Of a stretch of DNA of 53,769 bases, positions 18,765 through 28,940 are shown one piece after another. Every line of letters starts with the position of its first letter. Within the stretch, counting starts at the first letter, position 1. Made by a program: the position numbers and the translations under genes. This DNA is from an uncultured bacterium. Its GTDB lineage: Bacteria > Fidelibacterota > UBA2242 > JAFGTP01. A model generated the notes under the pieces. It made no database searches. It was not told the DNA's origin and saw nothing but the letters and a program-made list of their open reading frames with translations. The stretch spans positions 1 through 53,769 of the forward strand of contig CAYYMT010000005.1 of NCBI GenBank assembly GCA_964472715.1. Reading direction: 5' to 3'.

Positions 18765-20128
18765 TCACCATCAACAACCAAATATTAACCCTTAAGAACC
18801 AAAAGATATCTGTGCTGGGCGCAGGTGTAAGTGGTTATCACGCCGCGGTATTAGCCGCCAGTTTCGGCGCAAAGGTATTACTGTCCGACGCCAGTGAAAT
18901 TAAATTTTCCCCACAACAGCGGGAATTGCTAAAAAAACTGGGCATATTGGTTGAAGAAAAAGGCCATTCCGCGGAAGTATTCACAGCCGATTTTGTTATC
19001 AAAAGTCCCGGTATTCCCAACTCCGGTTCAATAATCAAAAATATTAAAAATCAGGATATTCCTATTATCGGCGAAATTGAGTTTGCTTACCAATTGCTGC
19101 AAACCGATAATATAATTGCCGTCACCGGCTCCAATGGCAAAACCACCACAACCACCATGATCAGCGAGTTCCTGAAAAATACTCAAAGAAGAGTTTTTTG
19201 CGGCGGCAATATCGGCCATCCCCTGAGTCGCATCATATATGAGGAAAAAATTCAGGATGATGATATTGTTGTCCTGGAATTGAGTAGTTTCCAGTTGGAG
19301 GACATTTATTCTTTCCGTCCCGCAGTAGCGGTATTACTGAATATATCCAATGATCATATGGACCGCTATGCCAATAATATGGAAAGATACCGCCAGGCGA
19401 AATTGCGAATCGCTTCCAATCAAACAAAGGAAAATTATTTCATCTATTACAGTGATGATAAGCAATTGTCGCAAAACCTGCCGAAAGGCGTTAACCCTAT
19501 TCCCTTCTCCCTATCCAATGAAAATTCCGGTATATACATGGAAAATGACACTTTGATATATAATGATCATCCTTTCTTGAACACCGGCGAATTGAATATC
19601 CGTGGCACCCATAATTACCTGAATCTGATGGCGGCTCTGCATGTTTGCCGAATTTTCGGATTGGAAGCGGAAGACCTGGAAGCGTCAGTCAAACAATTTA
19701 AACCACCGGAACATCGATTGGAATTTGTTGAGGAAATCAAAGGCGTGGCCTACTATAATGATTCCAAAGCCACAAATATTGATGCTGTGAAAATGGCGCT
19801 CACCGCATTTAAAAAACCAATTATCCTGATCCTTGGCGGCCGGGATAAAGATTCCGATTTTTCCCTGCTCAACCGGGATATTCTGGCGAAAGTCAAACAA
19901 TTGGTACTTACCGGAGAAGACGCCGAAAAAATTCAGGGTCAATTGGACAAGAGGATAAAACCTGTCATAGTCAAAGATTTCGAGGCCGCTGTAAACCGGG
20001 CCCGGGAGAATGCCGGAGCGGGTGATATCGTACTTTTGTCACCGGCCTGCGCCAGCTTTGACGCCTTTAAAAATTTTGAAGAAAGAGGACGCTACTTTAA
20101 AAAAATCGTGAGAGGTTTTAACACATAA
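18761..20128 (+). CDS. murD: UDP-MurNAc-L-Ala:D-Glu ligase
   Basis: An N-terminal GAGVSG Rossmann motif, the VTGSNGKTTTTTMI P-loop, and the expected gene order support the call. Confidence 0.95.
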   Translation: MITINNQILTLKNQKISVLGAGVSGYHAAVLAASFGAKVLLSDASEIKFSPQQRELLKKLGILVEEKGHSAEVFTADFVIKSPGIPNSGSIIKNIKNQDIPIIGEIEFAYQLLQTDNIIAVTGSNGKTTTTTMISEFLKNTQRRVFCGGNIGHPLSRIIYEEKIQDDDIVVLELSSFQLEDIYSFRPAVAVLLNISNDHMDRYANNMERYRQAKLRIASNQTKENYFIYYSDDKQLSQNLPKGVNPIPFSLSNENSGIYMENDTLIYNDHPFLNTGELNIRGTHNYLNLMAALHVCRIFGLEAEDLEASVKQFKPPEHRLEFVEEIKGVAYYNDSKATNIDAVKMALTAFKKPIILILGGRDKDSDFSLLNRDILAKVKQLVLTGEDAEKIQGQLDKRIKPVIVKDFEAAVNRARENAGAGDIVLLSPACASFDAFKNFEERGRYFKKIVRGFNT

Positions 20129-21291
20129 TGTCAATATTTACCAAAAAACATGACAATATTTTTCTGATAGCCGTACTGATTTTAGTGGCAATGGGGATAG
20201 TTTTTCAATTCAGCGCCAGTTCCAAGATCAATGTCAGTTCCCGGGAGTATTACAATCCCAATCTCTACCTGAAAAATCATCTGATCCGACTGGTCGCCGG
20301 TTTTCTGATTGCATTGCCATTCTACTTTATCAATTATAAAAAATTAAAGAGCCTGGTGCCGGTTATTTTGCTGGCATCAATAGCTTCACTGGTGGTGACA
20401 CTCATTTACAATCATATTCATCCGCATCCGTCACAAACCGCGCGCTGGCTGCAAATCGGTTCCGTCACACTGCAACCCTCGGAGTTTGCCAAACTGGCGC
20501 TGATTTTTTTCCTGGCGGCTTTTTATGAGGATTTTCAGGATGATCTTGACAGTTTCAAAAAGGGATTTCTGCCGGTGGTCATAGTCAGCGGATTACTCTT
20601 TGTCCTGATTGTACTGGGCAAGGATTTTAGTACCGCCGGTGTGACCATCATGATCGCCGGAATTGTATTGGTTGCCGGTGGCGCCCGTCTCAAACATTGG
20701 GGTACCGCTTTGCTTTTATTTTTTGGCGTATCCGGAATAGCCATTATGATGATGCCCTATCGCCGTCAAAGAATTATTGAATATCTGCATATCATGAAAG
20801 GGGATATGGCCATTAAGGACCTGCCTTATCAGATCCGTCATTCCCTGGTCAGCCTGGGAAATGGCCGTTTGTTTGGCGCCGGACTCGGTGACAGTATCGG
20901 AAAAAATGAATTTCTCCCGGAACCCAATACTGATTTCATCTTTTCCATTATCGGTGAAGAAATTGGCTTTGTGGGATCGGTCTTTGTGCTGGGGTTGTTT
21001 ATTTTTATTTTTATCCGGGGCCTGAAAATTGCCTTCCGGTGCGATGATATTTTTGGCACTTTGCTGGGATTCGGACTGATCAGCAGCCTTTTTTTATATA
21101 CAATTTTAAATGTTGGCGTCACCTGCGGATTATTACCGGTGACCGGCTTACCGTTACCCTTTATCAGTTACGGAGGAACAGCCGTGTTGTTCAATTCCAT
21201 CGCGGCTGCGTTGCTGCTTAATATTTCCCGGGGGAAGATACAAAACAAAGAACTTATTAAAGCACAAGTGATCAATACACATGAAGAATAA
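20128..21291 (+). CDS. ftsW: SEDS-family peptidoglycan glycosyltransferase FtsW
   Basis: About 10 TM segments with QPSEFAKLALIFFLA, TDFIFSIIGEEIGF and LPFISYGGTA motifs. Confidence 0.9.
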   Translation: MSIFTKKHDNIFLIAVLILVAMGIVFQFSASSKINVSSREYYNPNLYLKNHLIRLVAGFLIALPFYFINYKKLKSLVPVILLASIASLVVTLIYNHIHPHPSQTARWLQIGSVTLQPSEFAKLALIFFLAAFYEDFQDDLDSFKKGFLPVVIVSGLLFVLIVLGKDFSTAGVTIMIAGIVLVAGGARLKHWGTALLLFFGVSGIAIMMMPYRRQRIIEYLHIMKGDMAIKDLPYQIRHSLVSLGNGRLFGAGLGDSIGKNEFLPEPNTDFIFSIIGEEIGFVGSVFVLGLFIFIFIRGLKIAFRCDDIFGTLLGFGLISSLFLYTILNVGVTCGLLPVTGLPLPFISYGGTAVLFNSIAAALLLNISRGKIQNKELIKAQVINTHEE

Positions 21292-22405
21292 AAAAGTAAA
21301 AATATTATTTGCCGGTGGTGGAACCGGTGGCCATTTATACCCGGCGGTTGCGCTTTGCGAGGAATTTATTAATCAATTGGGACAGGAAAATGTTGAGGTT
21401 CTGTTCATTGGTTCTCATTACGGCATTGAAAAACAGATCGTGCCGAAACTCGGTTATACTTTTAAACCCATCTGGATTCGCGGCATTCAGCGCAGTTTTT
21501 CCTGGCAGGCGGTAAAAGTTAATTTACTGGCGCCCTTTCGTATTATCACCGCTTTTTTGCAGTCCTTGCGGGCTATCAAAAAATTTGGTCCTGATCTCGC
21601 TATCGGCACCGGTGGCTATGCCAGTGGTCCGGCAATCTCAGTAGCCGGTAAACTCGGCATTCCGGTCTTTCTTCAGGAGCAAAATGTCTATCCCGGCGTC
21701 ACCACCCGCATGTTAGCCAAATATGCCAAAACTATTTACGTTTCCTATAGCGATTCGAAAAAGTATCTGAAAAATATCAAAACCATGGGCACACCGTTGC
21801 GCATCTCATTACAGCAGCAGGATTATAAAGAAAGCCTTAAAAAATTTGCCCTTTCCGGAAAAAAACGGACAGTCTTTGTATTTGGCGGCAGTCAGGGTTC
21901 CCGGGCAATCAACAATTTTTTGCAGCACAATATTGATGCAATTTTAGAAGCCACAAATACACAATTCATCTGGCAAACAGGCCAGGGGGATTTTGAACAC
22001 ATTGATAAAATTCATGGCAGGAATCCCGGTCTCAGAATTCGACCCTTTATTTATGAAATGGATTACGCCTATTCCGCCGCCGACCTGGTGATCTGCCGCT
22101 CCGGCGCTTTGACCCTGGCGGAAATATGTTTATTTGGAAAAGCGGCGGTTTTAATACCACTGCCCACTGCGGCGGGAAATCACCAGGAAAAAAACGCCCG
22201 CAATTTGGAAAAGAAAAATGCCGCGGCTGTAATTTTACAAAAAGAACTTAGCCCCCGGCGATTGATTGATAAAATCAACCAAATCCTTGACGATTCTAAA
22301 GTAAAAGAAGAAATGGAAACAAAGTCCGCCCGCAACGCAAAGCCAGAGGCCGCCAAAATGATTGTTAAAGATATTATTGAAACGATTGCTAAAAAAAATG
22401 CTTAA
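21281..22405 (+). CDS. murG: UDP-GlcNAc:lipid I GlcNAc transferase
   Basis: It has the GGGTGGHLYPA N-terminal motif, GGSQGSRAIN, and HQEKNA near the C-terminus. Confidence 0.95.
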   Translation: MKNKKVKILFAGGGTGGHLYPAVALCEEFINQLGQENVEVLFIGSHYGIEKQIVPKLGYTFKPIWIRGIQRSFSWQAVKVNLLAPFRIITAFLQSLRAIKKFGPDLAIGTGGYASGPAISVAGKLGIPVFLQEQNVYPGVTTRMLAKYAKTIYVSYSDSKKYLKNIKTMGTPLRISLQQQDYKESLKKFALSGKKRTVFVFGGSQGSRAINNFLQHNIDAILEATNTQFIWQTGQGDFEHIDKIHGRNPGLRIRPFIYEMDYAYSAADLVICRSGALTLAEICLFGKAAVLIPLPTAAGNHQEKNARNLEKKNAAAVILQKELSPRRLIDKINQILDDSKVKEEMETKSARNAKPEAAKMIVKDIIETIAKKNA

Positions 22406-23753
22406 AGGAAAAAAACATATCCATTTTATTGGAATCGGCGGCATTGGCATGTCAGGCCTCGCCCTGCTCCTGCACAGCAAAGGCTTTGACGTAACCGGCT
22501 CAGATATCGAAGAATCCGACAACATCCTTCGTTTAAAAAATGCCGGTATCCGGGTGATGACCGGGCATTTTAAGACAAATATCCAAACCCCGGATTTGGT
22601 GGTCTATACCGCTGCAATCCCTAAAGATAATGTTGAATACAGCACAGCTGCGGAAATGGAAATTGAGCTGGTCTCAAGGGCGGAATTACTCCAGGAAGTC
22701 TGTCAGATGACAGAATATTCCGTGGCTGTGGCCGGCACACACGGCAAGACCACAACCACCGCTCTGCTTGGGTTTATTTTACAAAAAGCCGGTATGAATC
22801 CGGTGGTACTTTCCGGCGGCATACTGAAAAATTATACCTCCAATATTGTTCAGGGCGGGGATTTAGTCACCATTGTTGAAGCTGATGAATATGATCAATC
22901 CTTTCTCAAATTATCACCGGATTACACCATTATCACCAATATTGACGCCGACCACATGGAATGTTACGGGAGTATGGATAATTTACTTGAGAAATTTACA
23001 ACCTTCGCTAATCAGACCAAAAACAAGGTCATCCTCTGTCATGATGACAAAAATATTCAAGCGATTAAAAATAAAATCAAACCATCTGTATTGCAATATT
23101 CAGTAAAGAAACCCGTTGACGTTTGGGCCAATACTATTGACTTTTTCGAAAATGAAACAACATTTCAACTCAATGGTATTGAGAGCGTGACACTTCCTCT
23201 GCAGGGACGGCACAATGTCTTAAACAGCCTGGCTGCCATCGCGGTTGCCCGGGAATTTGACATCTCCCATGATAGGCTTTTAAAAATATTACCCGAATTT
23301 TACGGTGTTGAAAGACGGCTGGAAATAAAGTATAAAAGCAGCGATCACCTGCTGATTGATGATTATGCCCATCATCCCAGGGAAATTACCGCAACACTGA
23401 AGGCGCTGCATGAGGCTTACCCTCAAAAGAATATTCTTGCTATTTTTCAACCTCACCTCTATTCCAGAACCCAATATTTTTACCGGGAATTTGCCGACGC
23501 TCTCAGCCGGGCGGAAAAAATCATTCTCGCCCCGGTCTATCCCGCCCGTGAAAAACCGATACCGGGAATCACCAGTGAGATAATCTATCAGGAATTACTA
23601 AAATCAGATCATGATAATGTCGCAAATTGTCAGAATGAAGAAGAAATTTTGTTTGAGGTAACCCAAAAATTGTTCCGGGGTGATATTGTGATAACTCTTG
23701 GCGCCGGGAATATTTATAAACTCCATGAAAAACTAAAGAAAGTGATTGAGTGA
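22362..23753 (+). CDS. murC: UDP-MurNAc:L-alanine ligase
   Basis: It contains HFIGIGGIGMSGLA and VAGTHGKTTTTALL. The true start is probably ATG 22398 (MLKGKKHIHF) rather than 22362. Confidence 0.95.
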   Translation: MLKILLKRLLKKMLKGKKHIHFIGIGGIGMSGLALLLHSKGFDVTGSDIEESDNILRLKNAGIRVMTGHFKTNIQTPDLVVYTAAIPKDNVEYSTAAEMEIELVSRAELLQEVCQMTEYSVAVAGTHGKTTTTALLGFILQKAGMNPVVLSGGILKNYTSNIVQGGDLVTIVEADEYDQSFLKLSPDYTIITNIDADHMECYGSMDNLLEKFTTFANQTKNKVILCHDDKNIQAIKNKIKPSVLQYSVKKPVDVWANTIDFFENETTFQLNGIESVTLPLQGRHNVLNSLAAIAVAREFDISHDRLLKILPEFYGVERRLEIKYKSSDHLLIDDYAHHPREITATLKALHEAYPQKNILAIFQPHLYSRTQYFYREFADALSRAEKIILAPVYPAREKPIPGITSEIIYQELLKSDHDNVANCQNEEEILFEVTQKLFRGDIVITLGAGNIYKLHEKLKKVIE

Positions 23754-24529
23754 AAAAGCAGTTAGACCATATTAAAACTCATTTTACTATTTATAAAAGC
23801 CTCGGGTATATGCTCTTTTTCCTGTTGGTTTTTGCCCTGTTTTTTACCTGGTCCGCGAACTGGTGTCATTACCGGAATTTTTTCGCGCTGGATTCTGCCA
23901 GGATTAATGGCAATTACCTGGTGGCCAGCGACCGTATCATCAAAACCGGCAATATTCATAAGAAAATGAATGTGCTCACCACTGATTGCAAGCAAATTCG
24001 TACAAATCTGGAGACTCATCCCTATGTGAAAGCCGCCATTGTCAGCAAGCGATACCCCAACAAATTGACCATCAATATCAAGGAGCGAATGCCAATCGCT
24101 TACCTAAACACCGGCAATCTGCTGTTAATCGACAAAGAAGGTATTGTGCTTCCTCTGCCTGATAAAGTTATCCGCAATCAACTGCCGGTAATCACCATCG
24201 CATCGGATTCCACATATAAAGTAATTCCCGGAGAAAACCTGGAATCACCGGAAATCAACAAAATTACAGAATTGATGATTGACACCTATGTCGTCTCCAG
24301 GCCTCTTTACAATATTATCTCGGAAATTCGCTATAATCTCAATACAAGAGAATTGATACTGTTTAACAAGGACACCGGGAACCCAATTTATTTCGGTAAT
24401 AAAAATTTTGATAAAAAAATGTATACCTTAGCCGAATTCCAGCAAATGTTAACCGGAAAAAAACGGCTAAGCGATTACAGGTATATTGATTTGCGCTGGA
24501 ACCGGCAAGTCGTAGTAAAGGAAATATAG
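23750..24529 (+). CDS. ftsQ: Cell division protein FtsQ (POTRA domain)
   Basis: 259 aa with an N-terminal TM segment and a POTRA-like segment (HPYVKAAIVSKRYPNKLTINIKERMPIAY). It lies between murC and ftsA. Confidence 0.8.
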   Translation: MKKQLDHIKTHFTIYKSLGYMLFFLLVFALFFTWSANWCHYRNFFALDSARINGNYLVASDRIIKTGNIHKKMNVLTTDCKQIRTNLETHPYVKAAIVSKRYPNKLTINIKERMPIAYLNTGNLLLIDKEGIVLPLPDKVIRNQLPVITIASDSTYKVIPGENLESPEINKITELMIDTYVVSRPLYNIISEIRYNLNTRELILFNKDTGNPIYFGNKNFDKKMYTLAEFQQMLTGKKRLSDYRYIDLRWNRQVVVKEI

Positions 24530-24536
24530 GACAGTT

Positions 24537-25808
24537 ATGAAAATTGCAGCAAGAAGAGTATCCGCACTTGATCTTGGATCATCCAGTATAAAAATGGCCA
24601 TCGCCGATATCGATGAGAATTCTAAAATTCCCATGATAAAAGGGTCTGTTAAACTCCCCTCCCAGGGAATTAAAAACGGTATGATTGTCGATATTGAAGC
24701 AGTCACCCGTGTAATTCGGCAAGCCAGACAAAAATTGGAAAAATCCACTGATACCACTATTGAAAACTGTTATGTCAGCGTCAGCGGTGATCATATAACC
24801 GGAATTAATACAACCGGACGCATATCAATTTCTAAAGAGCATACTCCCGGACTGGGAGAACCGGATAAAATCACTCACGAAGATGTCCGCCGGGTTATTG
24901 AGCACACCCGCGGATACGGCCTTACATCTGATCGAGAAATTTTACATCTTTTCCCCATCGAATACGTGATCGATGGCCGTTCCGGAATCACACGGCCGGA
25001 AGGGCTCAGCGGAAGACGATTGCAAGTCAATGCGCACCTTACCACCTATGAACTAAGTGCCGTTGAAAATATCACCACATGCATGGAAAAAGCGGGTATT
25101 ACAGTCAATGGTCTGGTATTACAGGCACTGGCTTCAGCTTATGGTGCCCTTGATCCGGCGGAGAAAAAACGCGGTGTAATTTTAATCGATATTGGCGCCG
25201 GTGTTACCGACATCATCGTTTATTTTAATAATGCTGTCTATTATACGGGAACCATGAATCTGGCCGGGGATATGGTCACAAACGACATCGCTTTTCTCAC
25301 CGGAATACCCATGGAAAATGCGGAGAAGATCAAAAAGGACTATGGCTATGCAACCGATGAGGTTATCGAGACGGTGGAAACTTATACCATCGAAGGTATG
25401 AGTGGCCGGAAACCGCTGGAACTAACCAATACACAACTGGCAAAATATATTAATGCGCGGCTGGAAGAGATACTAAAGGAAACGCAAAAAGAAATCCTTA
25501 ATTCCGATATTACCAAAAATCTTGAACCCGTCGTCTGTATTTGCGGCGGCACATCGCTCTTTCGCGGGTTTGATACGGTAGCTGATGAAATATTCGCATC
25601 TTCTCCCTTGTCACCAAATCTCACTCGAATCGGCGTGCCCGTGGGATTTACCGGTCAGAATTTGAAAAAATTGACATCGCCGGAATATACAGCCCTGATC
25701 GGCCTGCTGAAATTTGCTGCCGAACAAAAGGGCGACAGCATTTATAGAAAATTCAAGAAGTCAGCTAATCTTTGGGAAAAATTTAAAAAGCTAATTGATA
25801 AATTTTAG
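24537..25808 (+). CDS. ftsA: Cell division protein FtsA
   Basis: An actin-like ATPase with LDLGSSSIKMAI, ILIDIGAGVTDI and ICGGTSL. It ends in a C-terminal amphipathic helix (LWEKFKKLIDKF). Confidence 0.95.
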   Translation: MKIAARRVSALDLGSSSIKMAIADIDENSKIPMIKGSVKLPSQGIKNGMIVDIEAVTRVIRQARQKLEKSTDTTIENCYVSVSGDHITGINTTGRISISKEHTPGLGEPDKITHEDVRRVIEHTRGYGLTSDREILHLFPIEYVIDGRSGITRPEGLSGRRLQVNAHLTTYELSAVENITTCMEKAGITVNGLVLQALASAYGALDPAEKKRGVILIDIGAGVTDIIVYFNNAVYYTGTMNLAGDMVTNDIAFLTGIPMENAEKIKKDYGYATDEVIETVETYTIEGMSGRKPLELTNTQLAKYINARLEEILKETQKEILNSDITKNLEPVVCICGGTSLFRGFDTVADEIFASSPLSPNLTRIGVPVGFTGQNLKKLTSPEYTALIGLLKFAAEQKGDSIYRKFKKSANLWEKFKKLIDKF

Positions 25809-25825
25809 TTTATAACGGAGGAAAC

Positions 25826-27349
25826 ATGAAATTTGAATTCGACGAAACCCTTGATCAACGGGCAAAAATAAAAGTTATCGGCGTTGGTGGCGGCGGTGGA
25901 AATGCCGTCAACCGGATGATCGAATCAGGAATTGATGGCGTGGATTTCATTTCTGTGAACACCGATGCGCAGGATCTGGAAGACAGCAAGGCCAAAACGA
26001 AAATTCAGATCGGAAAACAATTAACACGCGGGCTTGGTGCCGGCGGGAAAAATAAGGTTGGCGAAGATGCCGCCAAAGAAAATGAGCCGGCTATCGTGAA
26101 TGCGGTAAAGGATGCCGACATGGTATTCATCACCGCCGGAATGGGCGGTGGAACAGGTACCGGCGCGGCTCCGAAAATTGCTAAAATTGCCAAAGATAAT
26201 GACTGTTTGACTGTTGCGGTGGTAACCATGCCTTTTGACTTCGAAGGTAAAAAGCGCCGTGACAGGGCTGAAGAAGGTGTCGCGGAATTAAAAAAGAATG
26301 TTGACACCCTGATCGTTATTCCCAATCAGAAACTCATAAAAATTGTCGACCGCAGCACCGGATTGCGGGAGGCCTTTCGCACGGCTGATTCCATTCTCTA
26401 CCAGGCCACGAAAGGTATTTCCGACCTGATCAATAACCAGGGGCTGATGAACCTTGACTTTGCCGATATAGAATCCATAATGAAAGACAAAGGGGACGCG
26501 ATCATGGGAACCGGTGTGGCAACCGGCGAATCCCGCGCCAGCATGGCCGCTCAACTGGCGATTTCCAGTCCGCTACTGGATAATCGAAGTATTTGCGGCG
26601 CCTCGGGTATTCTGATCAATATTTCCGGCGGCAAAGACCTTTCTTTACTGGAATATGATGAAGCCTGTAAGATCATTACCAATGAAGCTGGTACTGATGC
26701 TGACATCATCGTGGGAGCAGTGGAAGACAAACGGTTTGAAAACGAAATCGTGATCACAGTCATTGCTACCGGGTTTCCCAATGGCGATAAAGACAGTGAT
26801 GACGAACTGGAATTAGTGGTGGAAAAGAAACAGGATCAAAGTTCGGAAAAAAATGATTCCCCAATATACAATGCAGATGATAAAGATAAAACCGGGGCAA
26901 AGAAAATACCTACAGCTGTGGAAACAGCCGGAGAAAACAAAGAAAATGAACAACTGACAGTTGAAAATGGCAGCAAAACCATTAAAATCACACAGGATAT
27001 TGCCAATGAAGAGGAAAACAGTGCGCCTGTTCCGGAAATAGAAAAAGAAGAAAAGAATGACCTCAGATTTTCTCTAAGCAACACCATTGAATCAGATAAT
27101 GATGAAGAGGAATTTTTTCACACAAAAAAGCGGGAATTAACGATCAAAACCGTTGACTCCCATCCAAAGCAGGAAAAAAACATTTCAGAAGATAATAATA
27201 GCAGGGAAACTGATGATATCGTTGATAGACGATTAAAAAATGAAATAAGCCGGTCTCAGCCAAAACCGAAAAAACCACAGCGAAAGGTCAAAAGAGAGTT
27301 CGAACAGGTTGACCTCTTTCCGGCCTTTTTGAGAAAAAACCTCAAATAA
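25826..27349 (+). CDS. ftsZ: Cell division GTPase FtsZ with an unusually long disordered linker
   Basis: It has the IKVIGVGGGGGNAVNRM and GMGGGTGTGAAP tubulin signatures. About 170 E/K/D/N-rich residues follow, then the conserved C-terminal peptide VDLFPAFLRKN. Confidence 0.97.
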   Translation: MKFEFDETLDQRAKIKVIGVGGGGGNAVNRMIESGIDGVDFISVNTDAQDLEDSKAKTKIQIGKQLTRGLGAGGKNKVGEDAAKENEPAIVNAVKDADMVFITAGMGGGTGTGAAPKIAKIAKDNDCLTVAVVTMPFDFEGKKRRDRAEEGVAELKKNVDTLIVIPNQKLIKIVDRSTGLREAFRTADSILYQATKGISDLINNQGLMNLDFADIESIMKDKGDAIMGTGVATGESRASMAAQLAISSPLLDNRSICGASGILINISGGKDLSLLEYDEACKIITNEAGTDADIIVGAVEDKRFENEIVITVIATGFPNGDKDSDDELELVVEKKQDQSSEKNDSPIYNADDKDKTGAKKIPTAVETAGENKENEQLTVENGSKTIKITQDIANEEENSAPVPEIEKEEKNDLRFSLSNTIESDNDEEEFFHTKKRELTIKTVDSHPKQEKNISEDNNSRETDDIVDRRLKNEISRSQPKPKKPQRKVKREFEQVDLFPAFLRKNLK

Positions 27350-27370
27350 ATCTTTCTAAACTCCGTTATA

Positions 27371-27405
27371 AAAAAAACCGCCGGTCTGATGCCAGCGGTT
27401 TTTTT
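27371..27405. terminator. Bidirectional rho-independent terminator between ftsZ and rpmB
   Basis: aaaaaaaccgccgg-tctgat-gccagcggttttttt: a GC-rich stem flanked by an A-run on one side and a T-run on the other, sitting between convergent genes. Confidence 0.75.
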
Positions 27406-27432
27406 AAATATTCAGGTTGTAAAAACAATTAA

Positions 27433-27624
27433 TTATATGGCTTTTACGAATTCACCTTTTTTCATACAAGCAGAACAATACTTAACTCTTTTGGTAGTAC
27501 CGCCTTCCACTACCCGTAAATTGTGAAGATTTACTTTAAACGTACGTCTTGTTTTTTTATTTGAGTGCGATACATTATTTCCACTCATTGCTTTTTTTCC
27601 GCATTTGTCACATGCTTTAGCCAT
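27433..27624 (-). CDS. rpmB: 50S ribosomal protein L28 (Cys-containing zinc-ribbon form)
   Basis: 63 aa. The sequence MAKACDKCGKKAMSGNNVSHSNKKTRRTFKVNL...YCSACMKKG matches the L28 core and carries CxxC...CxxC. Confidence 0.95.
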   Translation of the reverse strand: MAKACDKCGKKAMSGNNVSHSNKKTRRTFKVNLHNLRVVEGGTTKRVKYCSACMKKGEFVKAI

Positions 27625-27777
27625 TTTACCAACTCCTTAAATATCCTTGCATTTTATTCTTTAATTTACTTATTATCAAAAACTATAATTATGTCAATGG
27701 GCACCAAATTTATAAAAAAAATCTTTGATTGCATAATAAAAAATTGAAATCAATCAAATAAACTTCTATATTTCGGC

Positions 27778-28734
27778 GTGAAAATTAGAGAATTAAACAT
27801 AAAATCTCAAGTACTTTTAGCGCCAATGGCGGGATATACCGACCTTCCCTTTCGTTTAATATGTAAAGAAATGGGAGCCGGCATCGTCTACTCGGAATTT
27901 GTCAGTTCTGAAGGCCTGGTGCGCAAATCTGAAAAAACTGAATTTTATCTGATCAATGATGAGCGGGAGCGTCCCTTTGGAATCCAGATATTTGGCCACA
28001 ATCCGGTCGCTATGGCCGACTCGGCCCGCTATATCGAAGAAAAATTTCAACCAGATATCATTGATATCAATATGGGGTGCTCAGTACGCAAGGTCGTCAA
28101 AAAAAGGGCCGGCTCAGCCCTGCTGAAAGATCTGGATTTGCTGGAAAAGATAGTCAAACAAGTGGTGGCTGCAGTCCGGACGCCGGTAACAGGTAAAATC
28201 CGTATCGGTTGGGACCACGACCACTATGTCGCCCTCGATGTAGCAAAAATTCTGGAGCACAATGGCGCGGAAGCCATTACCGTACATGCGCGAACTGCCA
28301 GTGACGGCTACGGGAACAATATCAGGCCGGAATTTATACGGGCCGTCAAAGAGTCCGTCAGTATTCCGGTAATTGGAAATGGTGATATTCTGACCCCTCA
28401 GGATGCCGGAAAAATGCTCAAGGAAACCGGATGCGACGCTGTTATGGTGGGACGCGGTACCATTGGAAATCCCTGGTTGATCCGGAATATTGATAATTAT
28501 CTGAAGGGGGAAAAACTCATTGAACCCGGTTTCGGGGACAAAGTGGAACTCTGTATCAAACATCTGGATTTAGAAATTGAGCATCGCGGCGCGGAGAGGG
28601 CCAATAAAATTATGCGCAAGTTTTACGGGGGTTATTTTAAGGGCTTTGAAGGAGCGGCTAAGATCAGACGGGAACTGGTGACCGCGCAATCGGTTGAGAT
28701 TGCCAAAGAAAAATTACACAAGCTTATCCGGTAA
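27778..28734 (+). CDS. dusB: tRNA-dihydrouridine synthase
   Basis: It has the LAPMAGYTDLPFRLICKEMGAG N-terminus, NMGCSVRKV with the catalytic Cys, TVHARTA, and a GNGDI TIM-barrel FMN site. The start is GTG. Confidence 0.88.
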   Translation: MKIRELNIKSQVLLAPMAGYTDLPFRLICKEMGAGIVYSEFVSSEGLVRKSEKTEFYLINDERERPFGIQIFGHNPVAMADSARYIEEKFQPDIIDINMGCSVRKVVKKRAGSALLKDLDLLEKIVKQVVAAVRTPVTGKIRIGWDHDHYVALDVAKILEHNGAEAITVHARTASDGYGNNIRPEFIRAVKESVSIPVIGNGDILTPQDAGKMLKETGCDAVMVGRGTIGNPWLIRNIDNYLKGEKLIEPGFGDKVELCIKHLDLEIEHRGAERANKIMRKFYGGYFKGFEGAAKIRRELVTAQSVEIAKEKLHKLIR

Positions 28735-28736
28735 GC

Positions 28737-28940
28737 TTATTTTTTATCTTCCTCCTCATCTAATTCGGTAAATTCCACATCTTCAATATTGGATTTATCA
28801 ATCTTCAGTTTGGATTGATTAACCTCATTGGATTGAGGTTTTTGGTTTACATCTGTGATGGATGGCCAATATTTTTTGATCATTCGCCATAAGTATCGAA
28901 ATAGAAATACCAACAATATTATTTGTAAAAATCGTATCAT
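28737..28940 (-). CDS. Small membrane protein with an acidic tail (hypothetical; DUF4834-like by recollection)
   Basis: 67 aa with one N-terminal TM segment (FLQIILLVFLFRYLW) and a C-terminal EDVEFTELDEEEDKK tail. Its ATGA start overlaps the upstream kinase stop, which implies co-translation. Confidence 0.45.
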   Translation of the reverse strand: MIRFLQIILLVFLFRYLWRMIKKYWPSITDVNQKPQSNEVNQSKLKIDKSNIEDVEFTELDEEEDKK

